From positions 123,385-187,384 of the IMG/VR virus record IMGVR_UViG_3300034283_002790: a stretch of DNA of 64,000 nt, one strand, 5' to 3'. A model generated the notes under the pieces. That model was given only the letters and a program-made list of their open reading frames with translations. It was not told where the DNA came from and did no database searches. Positions 54,209-63,644 of the stretch are shown piece after piece (position 1 is the first letter of the stretch; every line of letters begins with the position of its first letter). Source of the stretch: a virus. Both the position numbers and the translations under genes were made by a program.

Positions 54209-55117
54209 TTAAATAAAACTATGTAAAAATAAATCTAACTGGTCGCCATGTTTTGGGGGACCTGGTAAATCTTTACCATAATTCATAATTAATATTTCCT
54301 CCCCCAAATTTTGTTTTACTCCACTTTTAGCAGAAGCAGCCTTAGCAAATTCTTTACATTCCCAATTATACTCATAAAATGGAAACCATTTTTGGAGGAG
54401 TGGAAAATCATAATAACTTAAACTAAATTTTCCAGAAATACTTTTTAAACAAACTGCAAGTCTTTCATGATCATCTCTATCAAAATCATGGTTTGAATAA
54501 TAATCTTCTGTCTTCCAATATGGTGGGTCAACGTAAAAATAAGTTTTTTTTGAGTCATATTTTTCAATAACAGTTTGGAAATCTAAATTTTCAACAAAAG
54601 TAATTTTATCAAAATGTTCTCTGTATTTAGCATCTTTCAACTTATCTAAAAATATTAAAACTTTACAACGGTACTTACCTTTATAATCCATATAATGGGA
54701 TGTCTCCGGTTTTGATCCAGAAAATATTTGAGTTAAAACATATACGTACTTGGATGCTATAACAAATTTATTTTCTTCAGTTATTTCTAAATTATCAACG
54801 AATATTTCTCTTTGATATTCAAGAAACATTTCTTCATAAAGACTTGGGGTATCATCCACACCAAGTTGTTGACAAGGGTATTTAGACAGTTCTTCCCACA
54901 ATAAGTCATAGTCTTTACAACATTTGAATAAATTAGAATTCAAACCGTTAAAATCATTGTATACAACAGTTTTTAAATTTGGATAGTTTTCTAAATCCAT
55001 TTTGAAGAAGACCCAGAACATACCGCTAAAGGGTTCGACATATGTTTCTATATCTTTTGGAATAAATGGAATAATCCATTTACTTATTCTTGCTTTACCT
55101 CCGATATATGATATCAT
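54209..55117 (-). CDS. dam: DNA adenine methyltransferase (Dam/D12 class)
   Basis: SYIGGKAR, YVEPFSG, VYND, YVDPPY; target sequence not determinable. Confidence 0.88.
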   Translation of the reverse strand: MISYIGGKARISKWIIPFIPKDIETYVEPFSGMFWVFFKMDLENYPNLKTVVYNDFNGLNSNLFKCCKDYDLLWEELSKYPCQQLGVDDTPSLYEEMFLEYQREIFVDNLEITEENKFVIASKYVYVLTQIFSGSKPETSHYMDYKGKYRCKVLIFLDKLKDAKYREHFDKITFVENLDFQTVIEKYDSKKTYFYVDPPYWKTEDYYSNHDFDRDDHERLAVCLKSISGKFSLSYYDFPLLQKWFPFYEYNWECKEFAKAASAKSGVKQNLGEEILIMNYGKDLPGPPKHGDQLDLFLHSFI

Positions 55118-55187
55118 TATTTTTTTTTTAAAAACTTAAGATTTTTTTATTTATAAGTCAAATCAATCTGTATATAATTATAGTATT

Positions 55188-55352
55188 ATGGAAAATAAAA
55201 AGTCAACAAAGGTAGGATGTCAAGCATGTAACTCATCAAAAAAAATACAAAGAACAAGAAATTTTGTCTTTATTGGGGGTACAATAGTCTTGGGGTTATG
55301 TTTATATGGAGTATTTAAATTAATCACAGAAATTATTTTGTTTTTCTCTTAA
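55188..55352 (+). CDS. Small CxxC plus transmembrane protein (54 aa), below the ORF-track cutoff
   Basis: Manual translation MENKKSTKVGCQACNSSKKIQRTRNFVFIGGTIVLGLCLYGVFKLITEIILFFS. Confidence 0.6.
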   Translation: MENKKSTKVGCQACNSSKKIQRTRNFVFIGGTIVLGLCLYGVFKLITEIILFFS

Positions 55353-56283
55353 ACTTAAAATATTGGTTTATAATTAAATCACCATTTTGATATCCTTTAT
55401 TTTTTATTCTTAATGGTGTTGATGTATCCAAATCAACTGGAAGTTTAATGTTTAAGGATCCAGATGGATGGGGAACATTGAAATTACCATTTTCCAAATC
55501 TTCAAGATTTAAAAACGCATTGTACACCAAATGTTGATGTACTTTTTCAAAATTGTTTTCTTGTTGTAAATGGACTCTAACAACAAGATTTCCATAAATA
55601 CCATCTCGATAATCACCCAGACCCTGAAGTCTCAGGAATTGTCCGTTATCTACCCCCTGGGGTAATGTAATATCAATTGTTTTTTCTTTAATTTGGGTTC
55701 CGATACCAAAACATTGATTACAAGCATTCACAATCTTTTTTCCAGTTCCATTACAAACCCCACAAGTTTGATTTATAATTTGTGCCATAAATCCATTCTG
55801 TATTTGTCTAGTAACAAATCCTTGACCTCTACACCCGTCGCAAACCATCTTTTCCCCACCGGATCCATTACACCCCCCACACTTCTCTTTATAGTTATAT
55901 GTGACTTGTTTCTTCTTACCTAAAAAAGATTCGATAGCACCAATTGGTAAATCGATTATTGTGTCATGGACTCTTTTTTGATTAAACTGTTGTCCGAATT
56001 GTTGAGAAAACATTTGAGAAAAAAGATCGTCTGATGAAAACTTTCTTTTCATATCATACTCTCGTCTTTTACCATCGTTACTCAATGTATCGTATGCCAA
56101 TGAAATTTTTTTGAAGAGTTCTTCATCTCCTCCTTTATCTGGGTGATTTTCTTTTGCCAATTTTCGATAGGCACGTTTAATTTCCTCAGAATTAGATTGT
56201 TCATTGACACCTAATATATCATAGTAAGACTCAGTACTCATTATTAAATTATTTATAATTAATAATAGTATCTTATTTTTCAA
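55333..56283 (-). CDS. dnaJ: DnaJ (type I) co-chaperone
   Basis: YYDILGV...HPDKGG J-domain; four CxxCxGxG repeats; C-terminal domain. Confidence 0.93.
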   Translation of the reverse strand: MKNKILLLIINNLIMSTESYYDILGVNEQSNSEEIKRAYRKLAKENHPDKGGDEELFKKISLAYDTLSNDGKRREYDMKRKFSSDDLFSQMFSQQFGQQFNQKRVHDTIIDLPIGAIESFLGKKKQVTYNYKEKCGGCNGSGGEKMVCDGCRGQGFVTRQIQNGFMAQIINQTCGVCNGTGKKIVNACNQCFGIGTQIKEKTIDITLPQGVDNGQFLRLQGLGDYRDGIYGNLVVRVHLQQENNFEKVHQHLVYNAFLNLEDLENGNFNVPHPSGSLNIKLPVDLDTSTPLRIKNKGYQNGDLIINQYFKFKRKTK

Positions 56284-56309
56284 TAAAAGTAAAGGAAGGA
56301 CAATTAATA

Positions 56310-56948
56310 ATGGGAAAATATCAAATTGTATTATTTAAAAACAAAAAAAAATTAAAGATTCTCAAAAGTTATGAATCAGAAGATAATGCTCTGAAATTCT
56401 ATGAAGAACAAGTAAAATCAAACCAAGATGTAAATTTTGATGTACAGTTTGTAAATGGAAAACCCTGTATGTATGAAATCGGTTTCCTTGTTAAAAACAA
56501 CATTGATAAATTCTTTTTTAAAAAAGATGAATATGGTCGGCAAATCAAAATGGAACTTTTAATCAACGATTATGTACTCACTAAAATTGATAACTTAAAA
56601 AAAGAAGAATTAATTTATGACTTACAAAAAAAGAAAAGAATCCAGTTCAAAACCTTGATATATGAGTATTTGAAAAAAGATGGTTTGAAGATTGTTTCTC
56701 TAATTAATAACAAATTGATTATTCAAAAAGAAAATGAATTTTTCTTTTTCTCACTTAAAAATGAATTGGACTCTAAAAGACTAATTGATTGTCTATCAGA
56801 ATACTTTATAAAGAATGGTAGGTCTGATAGTATTTTTGTTTACGATAGTTCGAAGTTACAAAAGAGATACATTTATCAAATGTTGAAAAATAACAATATT
56901 GATTTAAACTCCTTTTATAGAAGATTTACCACCTATAACAGAAATTAA
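56310..56948 (+). CDS. Hypothetical protein
   Basis: 212 aa ORF. Confidence 0.65.
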   Translation: MGKYQIVLFKNKKKLKILKSYESEDNALKFYEEQVKSNQDVNFDVQFVNGKPCMYEIGFLVKNNIDKFFFKKDEYGRQIKMELLINDYVLTKIDNLKKEELIYDLQKKKRIQFKTLIYEYLKKDGLKIVSLINNKLIIQKENEFFFFSLKNELDSKRLIDCLSEYFIKNGRSDSIFVYDSSKLQKRYIYQMLKNNNIDLNSFYRRFTTYNRN

Positions 56949-57224
56949 TTTCTGCCAAATTGTTAGTTTGGGTACTTCAACTATAACTTCTGGTTTTTGA
57001 TATGCTTCATTCATAAAAACTATTTCAACACCTTCAGATTGAATTTTAAACTGGTCTGATCTTTTTTCATTTTTTTGAATGCTTGATCGAACATATTCAT
57101 ATTCTATGAAAGGAAGTTCAACAACTATTATTGATTTTGAGTTCGGAAAGGATTCCTTAATTGATGCCGCAGTTTCAATTATTTTTTCTAACGACCTATC
57201 AATACCCTCGAGATTCTTTTCCAT
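56904..57224 (-). CDS. Hypothetical protein
   Basis: 106 aa ORF in operon. Confidence 0.6.
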   Translation of the reverse strand: MEKNLEGIDRSLEKIIETAASIKESFPNSKSIIVVELPFIEYEYVRSSIQKNEKRSDQFKIQSEGVEIVFMNEAYQKPEVIVEVPKLTIWQKLISVIGGKSSIKGV

Positions 57225-57388
57225 AATGATAATTTTTCTTTTTTTGGTAATATTTCTTCTTTTGAATTATTTTTAATCATTTTAATAAAGTCTAATTTCT
57301 CTTTATTAAGTTCAACTTTATCTTTACTTAACTCACTTCTTAACCACTCCTGTATCTTCTCTAGACGGCTCGACTTCTGGTTCTGCAT
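57188..57388 (-). CDS. Small hypothetical protein
   Basis: 66 aa; LSLWKRI tail similar to LTIWQKL of its neighbour. Confidence 0.55.
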   Translation of the reverse strand: MQNQKSSRLEKIQEWLRSELSKDKVELNKEKLDFIKMIKNNSKEEILPKKEKLSLWKRISRVLIGR

Positions 57389-57773
57389 TTTCTAATTCTA
57401 ACTTAATATCATTTATTTCGAATTTAAGACCTTGTAGGTTTTGTAAATTTTCTTTTTCAAAAAAGTTTTTCAACTCGTTAACTTTGTTTTGAAACAATTT
57501 TTCTTTCTCTTCCAATTCTCTATTGAAATCAATAACATTTTTTATATTAAAAATTAAATTGGTGATTTCTGATTCAACCATTTTTGCAACAAAAGAAATG
57601 GATCTCATTTCTACCGAATTATTTTCAAATTCCACAATTTGTTCTTCTTTGACAAATTTTTTAGGTAACTTCCAGGTTTTGGGAATCTCAAGATCAAAAC
57701 TAAGATAATCTTTCAATTTTCTAATTGACTTGAAATATGGTTCTAGGACTAGTAATTCTTTGTAAAAACTCAT
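57333..57773 (-). CDS. Hypothetical protein
   Basis: 146 aa ORF. Confidence 0.65.
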   Translation of the reverse strand: MSFYKELLVLEPYFKSIRKLKDYLSFDLEIPKTWKLPKKFVKEEQIVEFENNSVEMRSISFVAKMVESEITNLIFNIKNVIDFNRELEEKEKLFQNKVNELKNFFEKENLQNLQGLKFEINDIKLELENAEPEVEPSREDTGVVKK

Positions 57774-58063
57774 TTTGATTCTATTAAAAATGTTATTGAA
57801 TATGAAATTGACAAAACAATTAAAACAATTTCAAGTGTGGTATACTCTATTTTTTTTGGGTTTGTACTCAACAGTGATATTAAAAAAATAATAAAATATC
57901 TCGATAACATCACTGTTGATGTTACAAACAAAAATAAAAAAACAGTTTGTAAATTAACCATTCTTTTTGGATTGTAGAATTTCAGTTCTAAGTGTTTGTA
58001 AAAGTGCTTTGATATCCTGACTTGTTTTTCTTGCTCTTGTTCCCGCACTTTTATTTCCGGCAT
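57770..58063 (-). CDS. Membrane protein
   Basis: Two hydrophobic helices. Confidence 0.55.
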   Translation of the reverse strand: MPEIKVREQEQEKQVRISKHFYKHLELKFYNPKRMVNLQTVFLFLFVTSTVMLSRYFIIFLISLLSTNPKKIEYTTLEIVLIVLSISYSITFLIESK

Positions 58064-58188
58064 AAAATTTAGTTGTATCTACAGTAAGTTGCTCAACTAA
58101 GGTTTTAATTTGTTCTAAAGTATCCATTTTGAATTTTTTAAATGTTTATTTTTATATAAGATAACTCTTATTTTATCAGGTGTAAAGA

Positions 58189-58659
58189 CTATATATTAAG
58201 ATTTCTATCTAGATTTTTATATATTGTCGATATCATGTCCAAATCAGATTTTGTAAATGGTCTATTTATATCGAAGGTTTCGTTGAAAAAAATTTCAATT
58301 GATTCTTTAATTTTTTTTTCTTTTTGTTCATAAAATATTTGATCAAAGAAATCTTTAAAGTACTCAAAATGGTCCCCCTCGTGATTAAATTTTATTTCCT
58401 CCTTTTCAAAGTTTTCGATTGTTTTGTTCCAACACCATAAAAAATGTTTCGAATTATCCTCATGATCCATTACGGTTTTAGTTTCGTTTGGTTGAGAATC
58501 TTCATCTCCAAGATAAGTTTCTTTTATAATATGGTATAAAGTCAAACTAAAATCAGAAAATAATTCGAGTTTTTCGGGAATTATATTGTTTGCACGAAAC
58601 CAGACATCTACATCCTCTGGATTTACAGGTTTCGTAACGTAATTAAAAAAATTATCCAT
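58189..58659 (-). CDS. Hypothetical protein
   Basis: 156 aa ORF. Confidence 0.7.
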   Translation of the reverse strand: MDNFFNYVTKPVNPEDVDVWFRANNIIPEKLELFSDFSLTLYHIIKETYLGDEDSQPNETKTVMDHEDNSKHFLWCWNKTIENFEKEEIKFNHEGDHFEYFKDFFDQIFYEQKEKKIKESIEIFFNETFDINRPFTKSDLDMISTIYKNLDRNLNI

Positions 58660-58708
58660 AAACGTTTACCATTTATGGATAATATAAACTAATAATATGA
58701 TTTGTAAA

Positions 58709-60196
58709 TTATTGTGTTTTGCGGTCGTAAGAAATTAAATTTTTCATTCTATCAAATTCTTCGAAAAGTTTTTGTGTTTCTTTTTCAGCAACATTTTCCA
58801 ACTTAATATTGACTCCAGTTCCAGAATTTTCTCCAGTTCCATCAGTGACAGGTTGTTTTGATTTTCTGTATGCGGTTTCTTTTGCTTTATGAAATTTCTT
58901 GGCCTGTTGTTTTTTCACTAATTTTTGTCCTAACTCAGTTTCTTCAGCATTTGCCCATTCAGGATTGTTGCCAGTTCTTGAAGAACCTTTGATGTTATCT
59001 GAAACCCAATTTTGATCGTAAGTAATTTCTTCCGGTACAAGATCTTCCATTCCCGGTCTCATATAATCATCTAAAAACTCATTACCATCTTTAGACATCA
59101 CATAAGCCTTTTTACTCATCTTTTCTAATTGACCATTTCCTTTAGGAAAATGTTTTGGGTTTGTTTCATATCCACCCTTTGATCCCAATTTATTGTATTC
59201 TCTCATCCTTTTGGTTGTATCATTCATTGCCTCCTTGTTTTCTTTACCAGAACCTTTGAATGACTTCTCATATGCCGTATATCCTGGAGGTGTTTGACCT
59301 TTTTTAAATTTTTCTTCTGTAACTAAATTTTCAATAAAGTGAATAAGTTCACTTTCAGTAAATCTCACCACACTTTCTTTAACCGGATAAGTTTTTCCAT
59401 CAAACTCAAAATTTTTATCACCCTTTTTTTCCGCTTGTTTTTTAGCGTAAACAAAGGCGTTTCCTTCTTTCATATCATCTTCCTCAACTTTTATTTCATA
59501 TATTGTATCAGAACCTCTTGATCCACATTCTTTACATTCGCTTTCACCACGTTCTTTTTTTGCCTTTGGTTTTTCATCCACATCTGGATTAGGGTCTGTG
59601 TGTCTAGGTTTTTTGGTTCTATCTTTTTCTCTTTCTTTTTCACCCGGTCTTTTGGTTTTTTCTCTTTCCTTTGTTTGGTCACCTCCACTATGGAGTATTT
59701 CAAAATCCAATTCATCAATCACATCATCATCGTTTTGATCTAAATGTTTTTTTTGTTTGTATGATAACTTTTCGTCCATTCTTCTCATTCGTCTAACGTC
59801 TTCATCACCTAACATTGAATGTTCGCCTGACTTTCTATCTTTAAAAATAAAATGGGGTTTGGGTTTTACTCTACCTCCCATATCTGGATAATCCACTCTT
59901 TGAAGAAACTCCACATCATCTTCTTCAAACTTTTTGATTCTGTTTGGGTTTCGATAATTTTTTCCTACTTCTAATTCCTTAGGGTCAATATCTTCCATTG
60001 TTTCTCTACCCGAATATCCACACTCCATACATTCATTTTCGTACATTTGACCACCACACTCATTACACATTTCTCCTTTTCCTTCAACATAGTCAAATTT
60101 ACCTTTGAGTTTATTCAAAATGCGTTCTGCCTTTTCATCAAGACTTTCTTTTAAAAGTTCATTTCTTCGTCTTGAAATATAATCTCGTCTATTCAT
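58709..60196 (-). CDS. Highly charged modular protein, probably virion-associated
   Basis: CNECG/CMECG/CKECG motifs, EGNAF...FEFDGKTYPV motif, repeated [LIV]xE[SE] sites, EEFDRMKNLISY tail; TATTTAT at 60211-60217. Confidence 0.65.
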   Translation of the reverse strand: MNRRDYISRRRNELLKESLDEKAERILNKLKGKFDYVEGKGEMCNECGGQMYENECMECGYSGRETMEDIDPKELEVGKNYRNPNRIKKFEEDDVEFLQRVDYPDMGGRVKPKPHFIFKDRKSGEHSMLGDEDVRRMRRMDEKLSYKQKKHLDQNDDDVIDELDFEILHSGGDQTKEREKTKRPGEKEREKDRTKKPRHTDPNPDVDEKPKAKKERGESECKECGSRGSDTIYEIKVEEDDMKEGNAFVYAKKQAEKKGDKNFEFDGKTYPVKESVVRFTESELIHFIENLVTEEKFKKGQTPPGYTAYEKSFKGSGKENKEAMNDTTKRMREYNKLGSKGGYETNPKHFPKGNGQLEKMSKKAYVMSKDGNEFLDDYMRPGMEDLVPEEITYDQNWVSDNIKGSSRTGNNPEWANAEETELGQKLVKKQQAKKFHKAKETAYRKSKQPVTDGTGENSGTGVNIKLENVAEKETQKLFEEFDRMKNLISYDRKTQ

Positions 60197-60217
60197 TTTA
60201 GTTTTTATTAATAAATA

Positions 60218-60892
60218 TCATGGGTTTATTCTTTTTTTAATATTTTGGGAAATAATCTCCTTTATCAACTGAGTTGGTAGATCATACTTTTTGGAAACTT
60301 TTTCAATTACTTTCTTCAAGGTTTCATTTTCAAATAGTTTTAAACTTGATATGTCTCCTTGATTACAATATGGGAATTTTTTACACTTACTTTTAACTTG
60401 TACAAAACTTCCTCCGGGAATTTGTGTTTTTTTCCAGGATCTGCCTTTTCCCTTCGGAGTATTACCTTTCATTTTAATATCTTGAAAACTATTTGCATCA
60501 TAAGGTCCTGTAGAAGATGATGAAGTTGCTTCGGTAGCCTCAATTTTTTTTGTTTTGTCACAAATACATTCAGACTCTACTTTATCACACCCACCACAAT
60601 TTTTTTCTTCTCTTACCTCTTTTACTTTTGGTTTTTTATACTCACTTCTAGCGACATCATCTTTTGCAAACAAACTGAATGCGGGTCCCGTATAACCATA
60701 TCCACCACCAGTGGCAGATGCCTCTTTAGGTTCTTCTTTTTTAGATTTTTTTTTATTTTCCAAATTCAAATTTTGTCTGACTTTAGATAATTCAGTTCCA
60801 GTCACCCCAGCATCAAGTGCTTGTTTATTAAACTGACTTTTGAACATATCAATAATATTGTTTTTCATGAACTTCTGAATTTGTTTTCCCAA
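60218..60892 (-). CDS. Charged modular protein, probably virion-associated
   Basis: EASATGG / EATSSSS motifs, KCKKFPYCNQGD. Confidence 0.65.
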   Translation of the reverse strand: MGKQIQKFMKNNIIDMFKSQFNKQALDAGVTGTELSKVRQNLNLENKKKSKKEEPKEASATGGGYGYTGPAFSLFAKDDVARSEYKKPKVKEVREEKNCGGCDKVESECICDKTKKIEATEATSSSSTGPYDANSFQDIKMKGNTPKGKGRSWKKTQIPGGSFVQVKSKCKKFPYCNQGDISSLKLFENETLKKVIEKVSKKYDLPTQLIKEIISQNIKKRINP

Positions 60893-61110
60893 AAACTTCT
60901 TTGTTGGTACATTATGGTGTAAAACTCCCTGAAGGATTTTATAATTAAATCCTTTATATCTTTTTCTAATTTCCCTCTATGTAGTTCTTTGGATACTCTA
61001 TCTATTAATTTATCCTCAAATTGTTTGACAGTGTTAGATGATAAAAAATCTTTGATTTCTTTTCTAATTAAAACTTCAATTTCTTTTTTTTCGCCCTGTG
61101 ATAGTGCCAT
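60865..61110 (-). CDS. Hypothetical protein
   Basis: 81 aa ORF. Confidence 0.65.
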   Translation of the reverse strand: MALSQGEKKEIEVLIRKEIKDFLSSNTVKQFEDKLIDRVSKELHRGKLEKDIKDLIIKSFREFYTIMYQQRSFWENKFRSS

Positions 61111-61532
61111 TATTTAATCAATGTAATATAAGTTAATGGTACTATTATAATTGCAGAAACTATATTATATACCGTATTTCTTAGTTTCATTTTTTTGACT
61201 TCTTTTTTAAGATCATTGTTTTCTTCCTCAACGATTTTAAATTTTTCATCACCTAAAATTATAAGTTCTTTATTCAAAGAATCTAAATTGTTCAATGACT
61301 TATTCACATTTTGTAAAACCGATATTTTATTGTTAAGTTCAATAATTTCTTTTTTATTCAATTTATCCAACTCTTTGATTCTATCATAATCATTTAAATC
61401 CAAAAGAATTTTTTGTGCTACACTATAAGGTATACAAAATTCTGTAGTGTCTTTTTTTGTATTATTTGATGTTTGCGAAAACGATGGGAATACAAAAAGT
61501 AAAAAAATATTTATTATAAAAAAGGTTTTCAT
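61110..61532 (-). CDS. Signal peptide, coiled coil and C-terminal TM protein (spanin-like)
   Basis: Hydrophobic termini around heptad repeats. Confidence 0.5.
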   Translation of the reverse strand: MKTFFIINIFLLFVFPSFSQTSNNTKKDTTEFCIPYSVAQKILLDLNDYDRIKELDKLNKKEIIELNNKISVLQNVNKSLNNLDSLNKELIILGDEKFKIVEEENNDLKKEVKKMKLRNTVYNIVSAIIIVPLTYITLIK

Positions 61533-61602
61533 TAATAATAAATATCAATTAATCAATAAAATTTGAGTTTTTCATAAAACACTTTCTAATGGTATAAAAT
61601 AA

Positions 61603-62652
61603 TTATTTGATTGACGCTTGATTTCTTTTTTTAAGATACTCATCAAATTCATCATTATACGTTTTTTGAGATAAGGTATCGTCGTTGGAAAATGGTTTTA
61701 GAAAATTAATCCTTCTATTCTGTTTTTTTGCCTTTTCTATTTCCCCATCAATGTGATTTCCGTTTTGGTCATCATACCCATAATAATATTTTTCGATTTC
61801 TCTCATTTTTTTTGTGTACTTGGGATAAAATCCTCCATAATGGTTTTTATTATCAAATGGATTTAAAATTTTTCCTTTTGGGTCATATCCAAATGATTTT
61901 TTGACCAATGGTGGATTGTACTCCGGATATTCAATTGTATTTGTCGGTTCAGGTATTGTGGAAACGACCGGTTGAGGTTTTGGTGTTGGTGTTGGTGTGG
62001 GTGAGGGTATTGGAGTTGTGGTGGTTGTTACGGAAGAAAATTCTGTTACTGGAGTTTCAAGACAAGCAAGAATTGGTTTAGTTATTTTTAGAAGTGGATA
62101 GTAAGACCCTTCACAAATCCATATACACATTCCACTCAATCTCAAACCTTTTTTTTTCAAGTCGTTTTTATAAGAAGAAAGTTTTATACCATTCCCACAT
62201 GCTGATGGGTTTTGATTTATGATATCAAAATTTTTATAATATACTCCATTATATAATCTCGGAGTGCCCTGTACAACTTTTTCTTTTCCACTTGGGAGTC
62301 CAACCTCTAAAAAATCTTGTGTTCCGCATGGTGCCGGAAAATTAGCGGGAGTCCACCCACTTTTTTTAGCCCATTCATTATCAACCTTCGCATAATGAAG
62401 ACCCTTTCGGTTATGTTCTTTTGAGATCTGATAAATTTTTTGTTCTTTTTCAAATTCTTCTTGAGAATAAACAATCACTGACGCTTTAGGTGTTTTTACA
62501 CATGTTTTAGTGGTACAATCTCTATAAAACCCTTTTTCACAACCATCTTTTTCTAAAACTTTGTTTGTTGTCTGTTCCGAAATTACCTTACCTCTTTGAT
62601 AATCAAAAAGATATTTCATGTAATTTAATTCCTCATTAACTATGTTTTTCAT
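61603..62652 (-). CDS. Modular protein with a Thr/Pro-rich linker
   Basis: NEELNYMKYLFDY...ISEQ start; Cys-rich domain; TTTTTPIPSPTPTPTPKPQP. Confidence 0.65.
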   Translation of the reverse strand: MKNIVNEELNYMKYLFDYQRGKVISEQTTNKVLEKDGCEKGFYRDCTTKTCVKTPKASVIVYSQEEFEKEQKIYQISKEHNRKGLHYAKVDNEWAKKSGWTPANFPAPCGTQDFLEVGLPSGKEKVVQGTPRLYNGVYYKNFDIINQNPSACGNGIKLSSYKNDLKKKGLRLSGMCIWICEGSYYPLLKITKPILACLETPVTEFSSVTTTTTPIPSPTPTPTPKPQPVVSTIPEPTNTIEYPEYNPPLVKKSFGYDPKGKILNPFDNKNHYGGFYPKYTKKMREIEKYYYGYDDQNGNHIDGEIEKAKKQNRRINFLKPFSNDDTLSQKTYNDEFDEYLKKRNQASIK

Positions 62653-62661
62653 TTTTTTTAA

Positions 62662-63015
62662 TCAAAAATTATATCTTTTTTTAAAAATACTATCAATTTG
62701 TTTTGGATTCGCTTTAATTATTTCCTCCTGTTTAATTGTGTAATAATTATTTATTTCTTTTTTTTCTATTTTAATGTTTTCAATTTTTTTATCTATTAAA
62801 GAAATTTTACTATTATACAAATTGATAGAATCATTCAGGTTTTTTTGTATAAGTTTTATTTGATCCATTTTTTGGTTAAGTTGATCTAATTTATACTGAT
62901 TCAACTCTGATCTATTATTTGATGGTGAAAAAATTTTTACAAGTAATATAGTCAGAATAATTGATAATATTATAATTGTGATTATTTGCCAGTTTTTTAG
63001 AAAAAAAGTTTTCAT
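62662..63015 (-). CDS. N-terminal TM plus coiled-coil protein (inner spanin-like)
   Basis: One TM helix, then a long heptad pattern. Confidence 0.5.
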   Translation of the reverse strand: MKTFFLKNWQIITIIILSIILTILLVKIFSPSNNRSELNQYKLDQLNQKMDQIKLIQKNLNDSINLYNSKISLIDKKIENIKIEKKEINNYYTIKQEEIIKANPKQIDSIFKKRYNF

Positions 63016-63644
63016 TGGTCCATAGTTTTTTTTCTCGTTGACAAAATTTTACCCCATTTAGATTTAAATTTGTCATAATAAACTTTTAATTTATTTAACA
63101 TTTCTAAAAAGTCATCATCAACTTTGGACATTGTTCCATTGATGTAAACGCCATTTGTTTCCCCAATAGAAAAGAAAAATTCTATGTCTAACTCCGTAAT
63201 TTTACCTGACCACTCAACGTTATTAGTATAAAGGTTTAATTTATTGAAATCGACAATGTCAGCAACTTCTTCCTGAAACTCATTTCTACTTTCTTGAAAA
63301 GCGGCCTTCTCATCCGTCGTAAGTTGTATTTCATCATTTGTTTTCCCATGAATAGTCATCAAACCTCCAGAAATCCTAAAAGTTTTTGATTTATCGGCCC
63401 TTAGTTGTTTTTCTTCATCATCATTTTCATCATCCGCAGTTTCATATTCAATTTTACTTTCAATACTTTTAAGTGGATCAATTTTTTGATCCAAACGATC
63501 ATCATCAATAACACTTTCTTCGTTTTCTTCTTTTAGAAGACCATAGAAACTTCTAATGGTATTATAATCCTCTTTTAAAATATCTTTATTTAACATAGTT
63601 CTTGAATTTTCAAGTAACTTTTTGATTTCTTCGTACCTACTCAT
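63012..63644 (-). CDS. Hypothetical protein
   Basis: 210 aa; MSRYEEIKKLLE...LKED...LKEE. Confidence 0.7.
   Translation of the reverse strand: MSRYEEIKKLLENSRTMLNKDILKEDYNTIRSFYGLLKEENEESVIDDDRLDQKIDPLKSIESKIEYETADDENDDEEKQLRADKSKTFRISGGLMTIHGKTNDEIQLTTDEKAAFQESRNEFQEEVADIVDFNKLNLYTNNVEWSGKITELDIEFFFSIGETNGVYINGTMSKVDDDFLEMLNKLKVYYDKFKSKWGKILSTRKKTMDQ

Noticed and set aside
462-59718. Many 60-110 aa antisense or alternate-frame ORFs (e.g. 462..674, 5373..5588, 8375..8662, 11194..11520, 21419..21631, 32420..32746, 51685..51900, 59491..59718)
   Set aside because: They lie wholly inside longer, motif-supported genes and have the F/L/I/S-rich composition typical of shadow frames.
61965-62040. 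GGTGTT/GGTGTG tandem microrepeat
   Set aside because: It is fully explained by the Thr/Pro (PTPTP) linker coding sequence.
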